A stretch of 64,000 bases of DNA from Phycisphaerae bacterium (GCA_026386845.1 JAPLMW010000028.1:2729-66728); one strand, 5' to 3'. Positions 22,590-31,378 are shown, counted from the stretch's first letter. Made by a program: numbers and translations. Notes: a model not told the origin generated them from the sequence alone.

Positions 22590-22832
22590 GCCACAGAGTC
22601 CACAGAGAAACACAGAGGTTTGTTTTTTGCTTCAACAATCCTGATTTAATCGGGATTGTGTTCAAAACCAAAACGGCTCGCATCAAAAACGCCTTTTTGT
22701 GCCGACCGTTTTGTTTTGAACACAGGCTCATTGAGCCTGTTGAAGCAAAAAACAAACAACCCGTGTTAATCCGTGTCCATCCGTGTCTAAAAATAAACAA
22801 AATATCTCGGTGTTCTCTGTGAGCTCTGTGGC
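22590..22832. repeat. MITE-like nested palindromic element (~243 bp) with ~27-bp terminal inverted repeats
   Basis: The left end gccacagagtccacagagaaacacagag (22590-22617) is the near reverse complement of the right end ctcggtgttctctgtgagctctgtggc (22806-22832). Internal perfect inverted repeat: gtttgttttttgcttcaaca (22618-22637) with tgttgaagcaaaaaacaaac (22738-22757). There are further nested stems. Confidence 0.7.
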
Positions 22833-23370
22833 TAAAAAGAAAAAAAATAAATTCCTGCGTTTTCTTGAGTATAAGATTTTGCACATTGATGATTCGCCGC
22901 ACAAAATTGCGCTCGGTCTCGCAATAGGTTTGTTTGTTGCCTGGACGCCGCTGCTGGGGCTGCACTTATTAATAGTGATTTTTTTAAGTATGCTTCTGCG
23001 GGCAAACAAGTTTGCCGGCCTTGTAAGCGTCTGGGTTTCAAATGTTTTTACTTTCTTTATTATTTACTACCCCAGCTATCTTGTCGGCAGGATTGTATGC
23101 GAGGTGTTTGTGCGGAATGAGGATATGAGTGAGGAGCAGGTCTCGGAGATTTTCAACAAACTTTTTGCGCCGGCAAATATCATTACGGATATTTTTACAA
23201 AACAATACTGGATTCAATTCTGGGACCTGACAAAATCGATAGGGCTGGAATTATGGATTGGCGGGTTTATCATTGGCGGTCTTGTCGCCGTCTGCTCTTA
23301 TGTTATCTGCTATAAACTTATCATGTCTCACCGCGCCAAAAATCCCCACCGCAGGTACAGAAAATATTAA
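22783..23370 (+). CDS. DUF2062-family membrane protein
   Basis: ILHIDDSPHKIALGLAIGLFVAWTPLLGLHLLIVIFLSMLLRAN is the DUF2062 core. The first ~15 codons lie in the MITE-like element, so the true start may be the in-frame GTG at 22828. Confidence 0.7.
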   Translation: MSKNKQNISVFSVSSVAKKKKNKFLRFLEYKILHIDDSPHKIALGLAIGLFVAWTPLLGLHLLIVIFLSMLLRANKFAGLVSVWVSNVFTFFIIYYPSYLVGRIVCEVFVRNEDMSEEQVSEIFNKLFAPANIITDIFTKQYWIQFWDLTKSIGLELWIGGFIIGGLVAVCSYVICYKLIMSHRAKNPHRRYRKY

Positions 23371-23377
23371 TATTTAG

Positions 23378-23402
23378 CCCCCACTTTCAGTGGGGGTTTT
23401 TA
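23378..23402 (+). terminator. hairpin + T-run (also a member of the GGGGG/CCCCC REP family)
   Basis: CCCCCACT-ttc-AGTGGGGG followed by TTTTTA, 8 nt after the stop at 23370. Confidence 0.7.
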
Positions 23403-23403
23403 T

Positions 23404-23436
23404 TTCGTGGTTAGCCCTGCCAACACCTTGGCAGGG
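23404..23436. repeat. REP-like unit (GTGGTTAGCC + CCCTGCCA-N8-TGGCAGGG hairpin)
   Basis: ttcgtggttagccctgccaacaccttggcaggg. The same architecture recurs at 24305-24336, 30421-30450, 31418-31450 and 32304-32333. Confidence 0.8.
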
Positions 23437-23547
23437 TTTGCGTCTCTCACACATTGATTGATAATTATCAACTATCTATTTTTGCTTCAAAATCGCCATT
23501 TTGAGAATTTTAATTTGGGTAATTTGGATTTATTTAGGATTTAGAAA

Positions 23548-23970
23548 TTAGGATTTAGAATTTTGTTCTCCTTTCCACTTATGGCCGCAATTGTTGCATG
23601 TGTACCTTTTGAGTGGGAAAGTCAGCGGCAATCGGTAAAGAAGTATTGAAATAAAGAATGCCCAGCGGGAATATTTTTCATAATCAATATCGGCATTGCC
23701 GCATTTCGGGCATTTTATATCATAGCTTTGGTCTGCATTTGCTTTTTCCGGCCGGTTAATATTTTTAAGAATTTCCAGGGCCTTTTGTTTATCGGATTCC
23801 TTTATATAAAGTTTTATACCGCCTTCGGCATTAGCACAAAGCCAGTAAGTGGCGACGAAATTTTCACCGGACAAAAAACATTGGATACCTTCACGTTCAA
23901 GAGCTATCTTTGCAATTTCCGCCCGCAGGTAGTCATTAAAGGAATCAATTTTTATTATCTTTTCATCCAT
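23548..23970 (-). CDS. DUF2007-like domain protein with C-terminal CxxC...CxxC zinc ribbon
   Basis: The N-terminal region (ALEREGIQCFLSGEN...) resembles the DUF2007 family. The C-terminal region has CPKCGN...CNNCGH. Confidence 0.5.
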   Translation of the reverse strand: MDEKIIKIDSFNDYLRAEIAKIALEREGIQCFLSGENFVATYWLCANAEGGIKLYIKESDKQKALEILKNINRPEKANADQSYDIKCPKCGNADIDYEKYSRWAFFISILLYRLPLTFPLKRYTCNNCGHKWKGEQNSKS

Positions 23971-24039
23971 TTTTTAATTGTAGTAGCTATACTTAACCTG
24001 ACAGACAGATTACTTTGTCTGCCAGGTATTGTCTAACAT

Positions 24040-24340
24040 TTTTTGTTTAGCCGTCGCCGGTCTTGTCCTACGTAGTCTTTGACGAAGTAGGAACGGCGAC
24101 GCGTTTTATTTATTTAGCCCCTCGGCCTTAATCCTGCATAGCAGGATGCCGAGGGGTTCGTTCTCATCGGGGGGGGTTTCGTTCGTGGTTAGCCCCGTCA
24201 TCTTAAATCCGCCTCAGGCAGATTTGATGACGGGGTTACTTTTTATCCCGCACCAATCATTCACAACGCAACAGAGCCCCGAATGTAAATGAGGGGTAAT
24301 CCATAAGTGGTTAGCCCCGCCAACACTTTGGCGGGGTTCA
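24040..24340. repeat. cluster of at least 4 REP-like GC hairpins, each preceded by TTAGCC
   Basis: Units read: ttagccGTCGCCG...CGGCGAC, ttagccCCTCGGC...GCCGAGGGG, gtggttagccCCGTCATC...GATGACGGGG (with an inner ATCCGCCTCAGGC hairpin), and gtggttagccCCGCCAacactttGGCGGGG. Confidence 0.85.
24253..24340. repeat. copy A of an ~88-nt repeat, inverted relative to copy B at 30417-30505
   Basis: ccaatcattcacaacgcaacagagccccgaatgtaaatgaggggtaatccataagtggttagcc + hairpin. It equals the reverse complement of 30417-30505 with a 1-nt indel and paired (compensatory) changes in the hairpin stem. Confidence 0.85.
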
Positions 24341-24451
24341 TTCAACTGCATAAAAAAACTTGCTTTTCTTTCCAGTTTAACGATATACTGCTTACTTTTA
24401 TAATAGAAATTAGTATGGTGTCCCCATATTTTTCAAAGGAGATTTACTCTT

Positions 24452-24928
24452 ATGTGTTCAAGTACCTACGACCCCAAATATGTCTTTCGCTATGACAAAC
24501 ATATGCCTGATACTGATGATTTATCGTTAATAGTATTGAAAGGACATCTTCTTATCGAGGAAATGCTCATTGATATAAGAGATAAACTTTTCCCGCATGC
24601 TGAGTATTTGGATTCCGTCAATATAAATTTTAACCAACTTTTAAATGTTATAAGATCAGCCATAAAATCAAAACACGATCACAAATCTTGGGATTTGATT
24701 GTCGCGTTCAATAGACTTCGTAATAAACTTATTCACAACCTTGAACCTCCTGAGCTTAAAAGTCTACTAAACCAATTATTCAACGTGTACTCTCATACTC
24801 AACCTTATGAGGAAATACAAATAGATAAGAGCGACGAGACAGAACTTGATACTGCCCAACGTTTAAAAAATGTTGTAATAGACTGTATGCAATTTTTGAT
24901 GTCCGTATTATCCTTGTATAATAAATAA
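24452..24928 (+). CDS. hypothetical protein with HEPN-like Rx4H motif (RNKLIH)
   Basis: A+T-rich 158-aa all-helical-looking ORF with RBS aaaggag. The motif NRLRNKLIHNLEP fits the HEPN R-[N/D/H]-x3-H signature in the C-terminal half. Confidence 0.45.
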   Translation: MCSSTYDPKYVFRYDKHMPDTDDLSLIVLKGHLLIEEMLIDIRDKLFPHAEYLDSVNINFNQLLNVIRSAIKSKHDHKSWDLIVAFNRLRNKLIHNLEPPELKSLLNQLFNVYSHTQPYEEIQIDKSDETELDTAQRLKNVVIDCMQFLMSVLSLYNK

Positions 24929-24997
24929 GCCTAATCACGTGCTTCGCATAAAGCTATACAGTATATTATAGGGTAGGGGTCGTTTACCTATTTTCGA

Positions 24998-25056
24998 TTT
25001 TCTACTGTTGTCCATCCTCGTTGTCTGCCAAAATTCTATCTCTTTTTCTTTTCAAA
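24998..25056 (+). repeat. ~60-nt dispersed repeat, copy 1 (copy 2 at 43498-43556)
   Basis: attttctactgttgtccatcctcgttgtctgccaaaattctatctctttttcttttcaaa compared with attttctgctgttgcaattcctcgttgctttacaaaattctaccaccgcttttttcaaa. Confidence 0.75.
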
Positions 25057-25060
25057 CTTT

Positions 25061-25161
25061 ACCCGCCTCAGGCGGGTCAACCGAAATAATTTTATTTAGC
25101 CGCCGCCATTCAGGGCGGCGTTTCCTCAACTCAAAACTAAGATTTATCCGCCTCAGGCGGA
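25061..25161. repeat. REP-like hairpin cluster (CCGCCTCAGGCGG x2, TTAGCC-CGCCGCC hairpin)
   Basis: cccgcctcaggcggg (25062-25076), ttagcCGCCGCCattcagGGCGGCG (25101-25120), tccgcctcaggcgga (25147-25161). Confidence 0.8.
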
Positions 25162-25240
25162 ACTCAAAATTAAAAACTATAAAATTTTCTCCCTCATTCT
25201 CTACCGCCCGCGTCTTTTTGTCAAACCTTCTTTTCTCCTA

Positions 25241-25527
25241 ATAAATCCGTGAAATCCGTGGTTAAAAACTGTGCTGTAACCGTGTTTTGTTTCAACAAAG
25301 GATGCTTTTTCAGCCTGTGGACAAAGCAAACCGGCAAGTATAAGAAATTCTTTTTGCTTTAAGGCGCAATTGCGCAGCGGTAAAAAATTCAATTACAGAC
25401 CCGTTGAAGTTTGACTTCAAAAAGGGGCTGTTTGAATTTTACTGTGTTCGCAGAACACCGCCTTAAAGCAAATATACCGTGTAAATCTGTGTCTAAATTC
25501 TCTGTGTTGCTCGGTGAACTCTGTGGC
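25241..25527. repeat. second, degenerate copy of the MITE-like nested palindrome
   Basis: Its right end ccgtgtaaatctgtgtctaaattctctgtgttgctcggtgaactctgtggc parallels 22761-22832. Internal inverted repeat: tttgctttaaggcg / cgccttaaagcaaa. The left end has ccgtgaaatccgtgg words. Confidence 0.6.
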
Positions 25528-25604
25528 TATATAATTAGTGTCGATTCGTGCCTGCCCCGCCATAGCCTTGGCGACGGCGGGTTCATTCGTGGTTCAAAAC
25601 CGTT

Positions 25605-28466
25605 TTAGCTTTTCACGACCTCGATACAACGCTCGCAAAGCTCTGGATTATCCGAATTTGTTCCCACGCTCGGCCAATAATTCCAGCATCTCTGGCACTT
25701 TTTATGAGGACTCTTCTCGGCTGAAATAAGCTTTTGCGATTTTGCCTTATTTAGTTTTATCTCGCTTGCAATGCAGAGTGCCGCGAAGTTCTTAACGCCG
25801 AATTGCTCAACCGTATTTATTAAATCATTGTCTCCGGTTGTTATGGTTATCGACGATTCCTGATTACTGGCGATGGTCTGGTTCTGGCGAAGGCCTTCAA
25901 GCTCTTTTAAAACCTCATCGCGAAGTTTCATCAGCTTTTCCCATTTCGGCTCTTCTTTCTGCCAGTCAATCGTCTTATCAATCTGCGGCATCTTCAGCAA
26001 ATGAATACTTTCAGCAATTTCAGTTTTGAAGGTTATAGATTCATAAATTTCTTCTGCTGTATGAACAAGGATAGGTGCAAGCATTCTGGCTAAGCAATCG
26101 AGGATGGAATACATTGCCGTTTGTGCGCTTCGTCTTGAAAGCGAATCTTTCGCATCGCAATAGAGCCTGTCTTTGAGCAAATCCATATAAATACTGCTCA
26201 TTTCGATAACGCAGAAGTTGTAAATGAGCGTATAAACCTTGTGGAAAAGGAAATTTTCATAAGCGTCCGTAACTTCACTAATGAGTTTTTGCAATTGTTG
26301 CACTGCCCAGCGGTCAATCTCGAACATCTTTTCATAAGGCACGCTGTTTTTCGATGGTTCGAAATCGGATGTATTGCCGAGCAGATAGCGTAATGTGTTT
26401 CTTATTTTCCTATAGGCATCTTGAAGTCTTGCGATAAGCGAATCGCTGCACCGCATATCTTCCTGATAATTTACGCTCGCGACCCAAAGCCGCAGAATAT
26501 CCGAGCCGTATTTTGTAACTTCATCCTGTGCGTTAACATAATTTCCGAGCGATTTTGACTGTTTTTTCCCTTCTGCATCAACAGTAAAACCGTGGGTGAG
26601 GACTGTTTTGAAAGGCTCAACGCCTTCGGCTCCGAGGGCAGGCAGAAGTGAAAGTTGGAACCAGCCTCGATGTTGGTCGGAGCCTTCGAGGTATAAATCG
26701 ACTGGAATCGGCCAGCCGGCCTGTTTCGCAACGCTATACCAGCTGCAGCCTGATTCGAACCAGACATCGAAGATATTTTCTTCCTTTTGTAAGTCGTCGA
26801 AGCTGAAGCCTGCCGGCAGTTTGAAATTTTCGCCGAGTATTTCTTTGGGGCTGTCTGTAAACCAGCTATCCGAACCTTTTTTTCTTATATGTTCCGCGAC
26901 TGCCAATACAGATTCCTTTGTTAAAAGAGATTTACACTCTGAATTATAAAAAACAGGTATTGGCATACCCCAGCATCGCTGTCTGCTAATACACCAATCA
27001 GGTCTTGATTCGAGCATCCCCGTAATCCGTTTTTCGCCCCAGGCAGGAATCCATTTAACCTTTGGTATTCTTTCAAGTGCTAATTGCCTTAAACTTTTTC
27101 CGTCCTGCGGTGAGCCTGCCGAACCCGTCGGCATTGTTCTATCAACACTAATGAACCATTGCTCCGTACTACGGAAAATTACGGGCATTCTGCTTCTCCA
27201 ACAATGCGGATAGCTGTGCGTAATCTGACCCTCCGCGAAAAGTAAGCCTTTGTTCCTGAGATAGTCATTAACCTCTTTATCAACTTTCAGGACATTTTTG
27301 CCGCAAAGCCATTCAGGAACAGTCTCGTCATAACAGCCATCGTCCTTCACCGGCGAGTAAACCGCTAATTTGTTCTGCTGACCGGCCACATAATCTTCAA
27401 GGCCATGGCCGGGGGCGATGTGAACAAGACCTGTGCCGTCCTCTGTTGTAACAAAATTGGCGCTGATTATCAGCCAGGCATCCTTATCAGTCGGATTCTT
27501 CTCAATGCAAGGATGACTATATCGCAAACCAATAAGACAGGAGCCTTTTACGGTTTTTTCGCTAACTGTATAATTAGACAATTTGCCTGCAGCAATAACA
27601 GCCTCGAGGCGAGCCTGCGCGATAATCGAAGTAAACTTTTGGCCGTTCTGTGAATAGCTGACAGCCTTATAATCGAGGTCTGGATTGGCTGCTATCGCAA
27701 GATTCGCGGCAAGTGTCCAAGGCGTTGTCGTCCAAATCATAAAACAAACGCTGCTGTCGTCTTTGACAAGACCCAGCGATTTTAATTTTGCTGCGGACTC
27801 TTTCGCCGCAGTAAAATTGACGAAAATGCTCGGCGAAGTAATATCCTCATATTCCAATTCGGCATCGGCAAGGGCGGTCTGACAGCCAATCGACCAGTGA
27901 ATAGGTTTTAACTGCTTATAGACAAGACCTTTTCCCACAAGCTCGGCAAAGACTTCACAGATGCCAGCCTCGTATTGCGGCTTGAGGGTAAGATAAGGAT
28001 TTTCAAAATCGCCGAATACGCCGAGGTCTTTAAACTGCTTTGTCTGAAGTTTTACATATTTGCTCGCGTATTGCTTGCAGAGCTTTCGGATTTCGAGCTT
28101 GCTGAGGGTTTTGGCCTTTTCGCCAAGCTCCGTAAAGACCTTCGCCTCAATCGGCAGGCCGTGGCAGTCCCAGCCGGGGACGTAAGGAGCCTTGAAGCCG
28201 GACATTGTTTTGTATTTGACGACTATGTCTTTTAAAACTTTATTTATGACGTGGCCCATGTGGATATCGCCATTGGCGTAAGGGGGGCCATCGTGAAGAA
28301 TATACTGCGGACAATCCGCTCTTGAATCGAGGATTTTTTTGTAGATGCCCATCTTGTCCCAGCTTTTCCGCTGCTGCGGCTCGCGCTGGGTGAGATTGGC
28401 CTTCATCGCAAAGTTAGTCTGCGGCAGATTTAACGTCTTACTGTAGTTTTTCTTGTCTTCGGTCAT
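25605..28466 (-). CDS. ileS: isoleucyl-tRNA synthetase
   Basis: HIGH-type motif PYANGDIHMGHV, KMSKS-type motif GKKQSKSLGN, and a C-terminal Zn finger CQRCWNY...CERC. I prefer the ATG at 28466 (MTEDKKNYSKTLNLPQT) over the ORF-track start at 28490. Confidence 0.96.
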   Translation of the reverse strand: MTEDKKNYSKTLNLPQTNFAMKANLTQREPQQRKSWDKMGIYKKILDSRADCPQYILHDGPPYANGDIHMGHVINKVLKDIVVKYKTMSGFKAPYVPGWDCHGLPIEAKVFTELGEKAKTLSKLEIRKLCKQYASKYVKLQTKQFKDLGVFGDFENPYLTLKPQYEAGICEVFAELVGKGLVYKQLKPIHWSIGCQTALADAELEYEDITSPSIFVNFTAAKESAAKLKSLGLVKDDSSVCFMIWTTTPWTLAANLAIAANPDLDYKAVSYSQNGQKFTSIIAQARLEAVIAAGKLSNYTVSEKTVKGSCLIGLRYSHPCIEKNPTDKDAWLIISANFVTTEDGTGLVHIAPGHGLEDYVAGQQNKLAVYSPVKDDGCYDETVPEWLCGKNVLKVDKEVNDYLRNKGLLFAEGQITHSYPHCWRSRMPVIFRSTEQWFISVDRTMPTGSAGSPQDGKSLRQLALERIPKVKWIPAWGEKRITGMLESRPDWCISRQRCWGMPIPVFYNSECKSLLTKESVLAVAEHIRKKGSDSWFTDSPKEILGENFKLPAGFSFDDLQKEENIFDVWFESGCSWYSVAKQAGWPIPVDLYLEGSDQHRGWFQLSLLPALGAEGVEPFKTVLTHGFTVDAEGKKQSKSLGNYVNAQDEVTKYGSDILRLWVASVNYQEDMRCSDSLIARLQDAYRKIRNTLRYLLGNTSDFEPSKNSVPYEKMFEIDRWAVQQLQKLISEVTDAYENFLFHKVYTLIYNFCVIEMSSIYMDLLKDRLYCDAKDSLSRRSAQTAMYSILDCLARMLAPILVHTAEEIYESITFKTEIAESIHLLKMPQIDKTIDWQKEEPKWEKLMKLRDEVLKELEGLRQNQTIASNQESSITITTGDNDLINTVEQFGVKNFAALCIASEIKLNKAKSQKLISAEKSPHKKCQRCWNYWPSVGTNSDNPELCERCIEVVKS

Positions 28467-28758
28467 TATTTTAAGTTCCTGATAAAACAAGACATAATAG
28501 TTTCTATTTGCAGGTCTGTCAAGTGTTTAGAACGGATACGAACCACGGATATCACGGATTCTTGGGATATTTGGTATTTAGTATATGGTATTTGACAAAG
28601 AGATAAGAATGGTAGAAAATGTGGCATAGACACTAAGGTACTAAGACACAAAAAAATCGTAAAAGTGTTGCGAATCGAGGCGTATAATATGGGAATGCCA
28701 GTCGGATATGCATCGAAAAAGTATCCCGATGTTTGTCTGAACTGTTGCAGGATTTAGG

Positions 28759-30057
28759 ATGACGTCGGCAAAACACAGCGAACAAGGGGTTAGAAAAACG
28801 GGGATACCTGCACTGGGAGATATTCCCTGGGGCAGTCATGTGTGCCAATTCTACCATACAAAGGAAGATTTAATTGATATTCTGGTGCCTTATTTCAAAG
28901 CAGGATTGGAGAGTCACGAATTATGTATGTGGATTACTTCTGAGCCTCTTTGTGCACAAGAAGCTAAAGAAGCATTGGCAAAGAGTGTGTCCGGTTTAGA
29001 GGAACATATAAAAAGCGGGCAAATTGAAATCATTCCGGCCGGCGAATGGTATCTTAAAGAGGGCGCTTTTGACCCACGACGAGTTCTGAAAGGATGGGTC
29101 AATAAACACAACAAGGCGCTGGACAACGGTTATAAAGGTATCAGGGTAACAGGTAATACGTTATGGCTTGAGAAAAGACTCTGGAAGGATTTCATGGATT
29201 ATGAAAAAGAGATAAATGAAATAATCCACCAGTATCGGATAATTGTCCTTTGCAGCTACAGTCTTGGCGACTGCGAAATATCTGAAGTTATACAAGTGTC
29301 CAACAACCATCAATTTACCCTTATCAAGAATGAAGGTAAGTGGGAACTGCTTAAGGATGGCGAACGCAAACTCGCGGAGAGAAAGCTTCTTGCCTATCAG
29401 GGGCGACTCAAATCCCTGGCTTCGGAATTGGCGTTAGTTGACGAGAAGGGAAAGCACCACATCGCAGTACAACTGCGGGAAAAGGCTGCCCAGACTTTGA
29501 TAGCTTCCAGGGTGAAGTTGGAAATGTTGTCTAAGTCTATAAGTTCTGAAGAGTTTCGCAAGATAGTGGACGAGGTATGCCAGCTGCTCAGCGCAACAAC
29601 TCGCGATCTTTGTTCATTGTCACTTGAAATTAATTCTCCCATATTATACGAGCTGGGTTTTGAGAAGGGGGTGGCTTGCCTGGTCGAGGAGCAAATGGAT
29701 AGTAAAAGTGCGATTAAGTCTAAATTTGAGGATGATGGCCAGGTCAAACCCCTAAGTAATGATGTTAAGATTCTTTTGTTTCGGAGCGTAAGGGAGTTGC
29801 TCTCTAACGTTATCGAGCATGCGCACGCACAAAATGTAAAGGTCTCTATTCGCAAACTTGGGAGTCAGATAAAAGTCAGGATTGAAGATGATGGAGTTGG
29901 GTTCAGCCCTTCTGAAACAGCTCAAAGAAAGGAGGGCTCTGGGCATTTTAGTATTGGCGTACGATTGAGAGAATTAGGTGGATATCTTGAGATTGACTCT
30001 AAGCCTGAGCAAGGGTGCAGAGTCACGATGACGGCACCATTGACCAGCGACAGTTAA
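28759..30057 (+). CDS. sensor histidine kinase with N-terminal MEDS domain (HisKA_3/NarL-type), no adjacent response regulator
   Basis: MEDS-like HVCQFYHTKEDLIDILVPYFKAGLESHELCMWITSE, H-box KHHIAVQLREKAAQTL, and ATPase motifs LLSNVIEHAHA, EDDGVGF and GGYLEIDS. Confidence 0.8.
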   Translation: MTSAKHSEQGVRKTGIPALGDIPWGSHVCQFYHTKEDLIDILVPYFKAGLESHELCMWITSEPLCAQEAKEALAKSVSGLEEHIKSGQIEIIPAGEWYLKEGAFDPRRVLKGWVNKHNKALDNGYKGIRVTGNTLWLEKRLWKDFMDYEKEINEIIHQYRIIVLCSYSLGDCEISEVIQVSNNHQFTLIKNEGKWELLKDGERKLAERKLLAYQGRLKSLASELALVDEKGKHHIAVQLREKAAQTLIASRVKLEMLSKSISSEEFRKIVDEVCQLLSATTRDLCSLSLEINSPILYELGFEKGVACLVEEQMDSKSAIKSKFEDDGQVKPLSNDVKILLFRSVRELLSNVIEHAHAQNVKVSIRKLGSQIKVRIEDDGVGFSPSETAQRKEGSGHFSIGVRLRELGGYLEIDSKPEQGCRVTMTAPLTSDS

Positions 30058-30229
30058 AATTGCCGGTAAATAAAAAAACTTCTCACCACAGAGGCACGGA
30101 GAAAACAGGGTTATTAGACACGGCTAAACCCCGATGAGATAGCACCGAAGCGGAGAAAGAAAAGTGCGAAAGGGGGATTTTTTCAGTTTTTAGTTTTTAG
30201 TTCTCCGTAAGGAGTCCATAGGACTTAGT

Positions 30230-30450
30230 TTTGAGTTGTGGAATCGCCGGGGGCGAAAGTGTCAATTTTAGATCCGCCGTCGCCAACCCTCCGTCGCATT
30301 GCGTGCTATGTAGGGCAGGGGCTATGGCGGACAAGTTTTGGATTGACGATTTTGGATTTCGGAAACGGACGCCGCACCAATCGGAATGAATACCGCGGAC
30401 TTACGTCCTGCGGCTCTGAACCCTGCCATAGTGATGGCAGGGCTAACCAC
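30230..30450. repeat. REP-like hairpin cluster, including a nested unit
   Basis: ccgccgtcgccaa[33-nt insert]ggctatggcgg is the reverse-oriented version of the 25556-25581 hairpin. ccctgccatagtgatggcagggctaaccac lies at 30421-30450. Confidence 0.75.
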
Positions 30451-30505
30451 TTATGGATTACCCCCTCATTTACATTCGGGGCTCTGTTGCGTTGTGAATG
30501 ATTGG
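30417..30505. repeat. copy B of the ~88-nt inverted repeat (partner at 24253-24340)
   Basis: See copy A. It overlaps the last ~13 codons of the HNH gene. Confidence 0.85.
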
Positions 30506-31119
30506 GGCGACATTTTGAATTTGTATTTGTTCAAATCGGTTTCCAATAAAAAACTCCTGAATGGTTCATATTTAAAGATTTCGAAATTCAACGGCGCGTA
30601 TTCCTCATCGTTTGCCAACAAAACAAATTTATCGTGGGCGTAAGCGGCTAAAATCCGATGCTCGGGACAATCAATAGCACAGAATAGAAGCGTTTTGCCA
30701 TCCCTATTGTAAAACCGGCCTCTGCAAAAATTTTTGCCTTTTATTGTGTAAATGCTAACGCCGGCAAAGCCGGTATTGTTTCTTGGTTTCCTGTTCAGGC
30801 CGTTTTGCCTGTGATTGGTGATTCTGAGGTTCTCTCTGCGATTGTCAAGCCTGTCGCCGTTAATGTGGTCAACAACTGAATCCGGCGGCGGGTTCATAAT
30901 AAAACGTGAAACGGGGACGAGCCTTGTCGGATTTTTTCCGATGTGAAGAATCGGGTAGTTTTCGCCGGAGAGGCGCAGGCCGATTATATCGCCGACATAT
31001 TTTCGGCGAGGGCGAGTGGGACGGATGTTAAAAATCTGATAATAAATATCAGGGTCAACTTTAACGGTCCGGCCGCTAATCGTAAAAGTCAGAAAATCAA
31101 TTGCGCTTTGTGAAGACAT
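30466..31119 (-). CDS. HNH endonuclease with AP2-like DNA-binding domain (homing-endonuclease type)
   Basis: HNH motif VDHINGDRLDNRRENLRITNHRQN, followed by the AP2-like stretch GFAGVSIYTIKGKNFCRGRFYNRDGKTLLFCAIDCPEHRILAAYAHDKFV. Confidence 0.8.
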   Translation of the reverse strand: MSSQSAIDFLTFTISGRTVKVDPDIYYQIFNIRPTRPRRKYVGDIIGLRLSGENYPILHIGKNPTRLVPVSRFIMNPPPDSVVDHINGDRLDNRRENLRITNHRQNGLNRKPRNNTGFAGVSIYTIKGKNFCRGRFYNRDGKTLLFCAIDCPEHRILAAYAHDKFVLLANDEEYAPLNFEIFKYEPFRSFLLETDLNKYKFKMSPQSFTTQQSPECK

Positions 31120-31378
31120 AGAAATACTAACGCGAGAGAAATTGGGGAATTAAAAAGGATAGAGGGTTGTGGACGCAGGAGGTAAAGAACTGTTTTTTTA
31201 CAGTTTATCGTTTACGGCAATTCGCCGTAAACCATTTACCATAGGCATTTTAAGTGAATAAATGCCTAAGAATTCACTAATTATCAAATAACAAGAGTAT
31301 TTTACCATATTGTTAACTAGAAATCAAATAAAAAATTGTAAAAATTCAGAAAAACTTCAGTACTAAAAGTAAGACGAA

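Noticed and set aside
22543-23041. ORFs of 140, 93 and 69 aa on the minus strand and 86 aa on the plus strand across the MITE-like element
   Set aside because: They are generated by the palindromic repeat sequence and overlap the DUF2062 gene. Products such as HREHRD or TELTENTE are repeat-derived.
24040-25165. Possible CRISPR array, given many short palindromic GC-rich repeats
   Set aside because: The repeats differ in sequence, length and orientation, the spacing is irregular, and no cas genes are present. They fit REP/BIME-like elements, not a CRISPR array.
28467-28758. T-box or other leader upstream of ileS
   Set aside because: I found no T-box consensus (AGGGUGGNACCGCG-like) or specifier/antiterminator arrangement on the minus strand. 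The region is dominated by word repeats.
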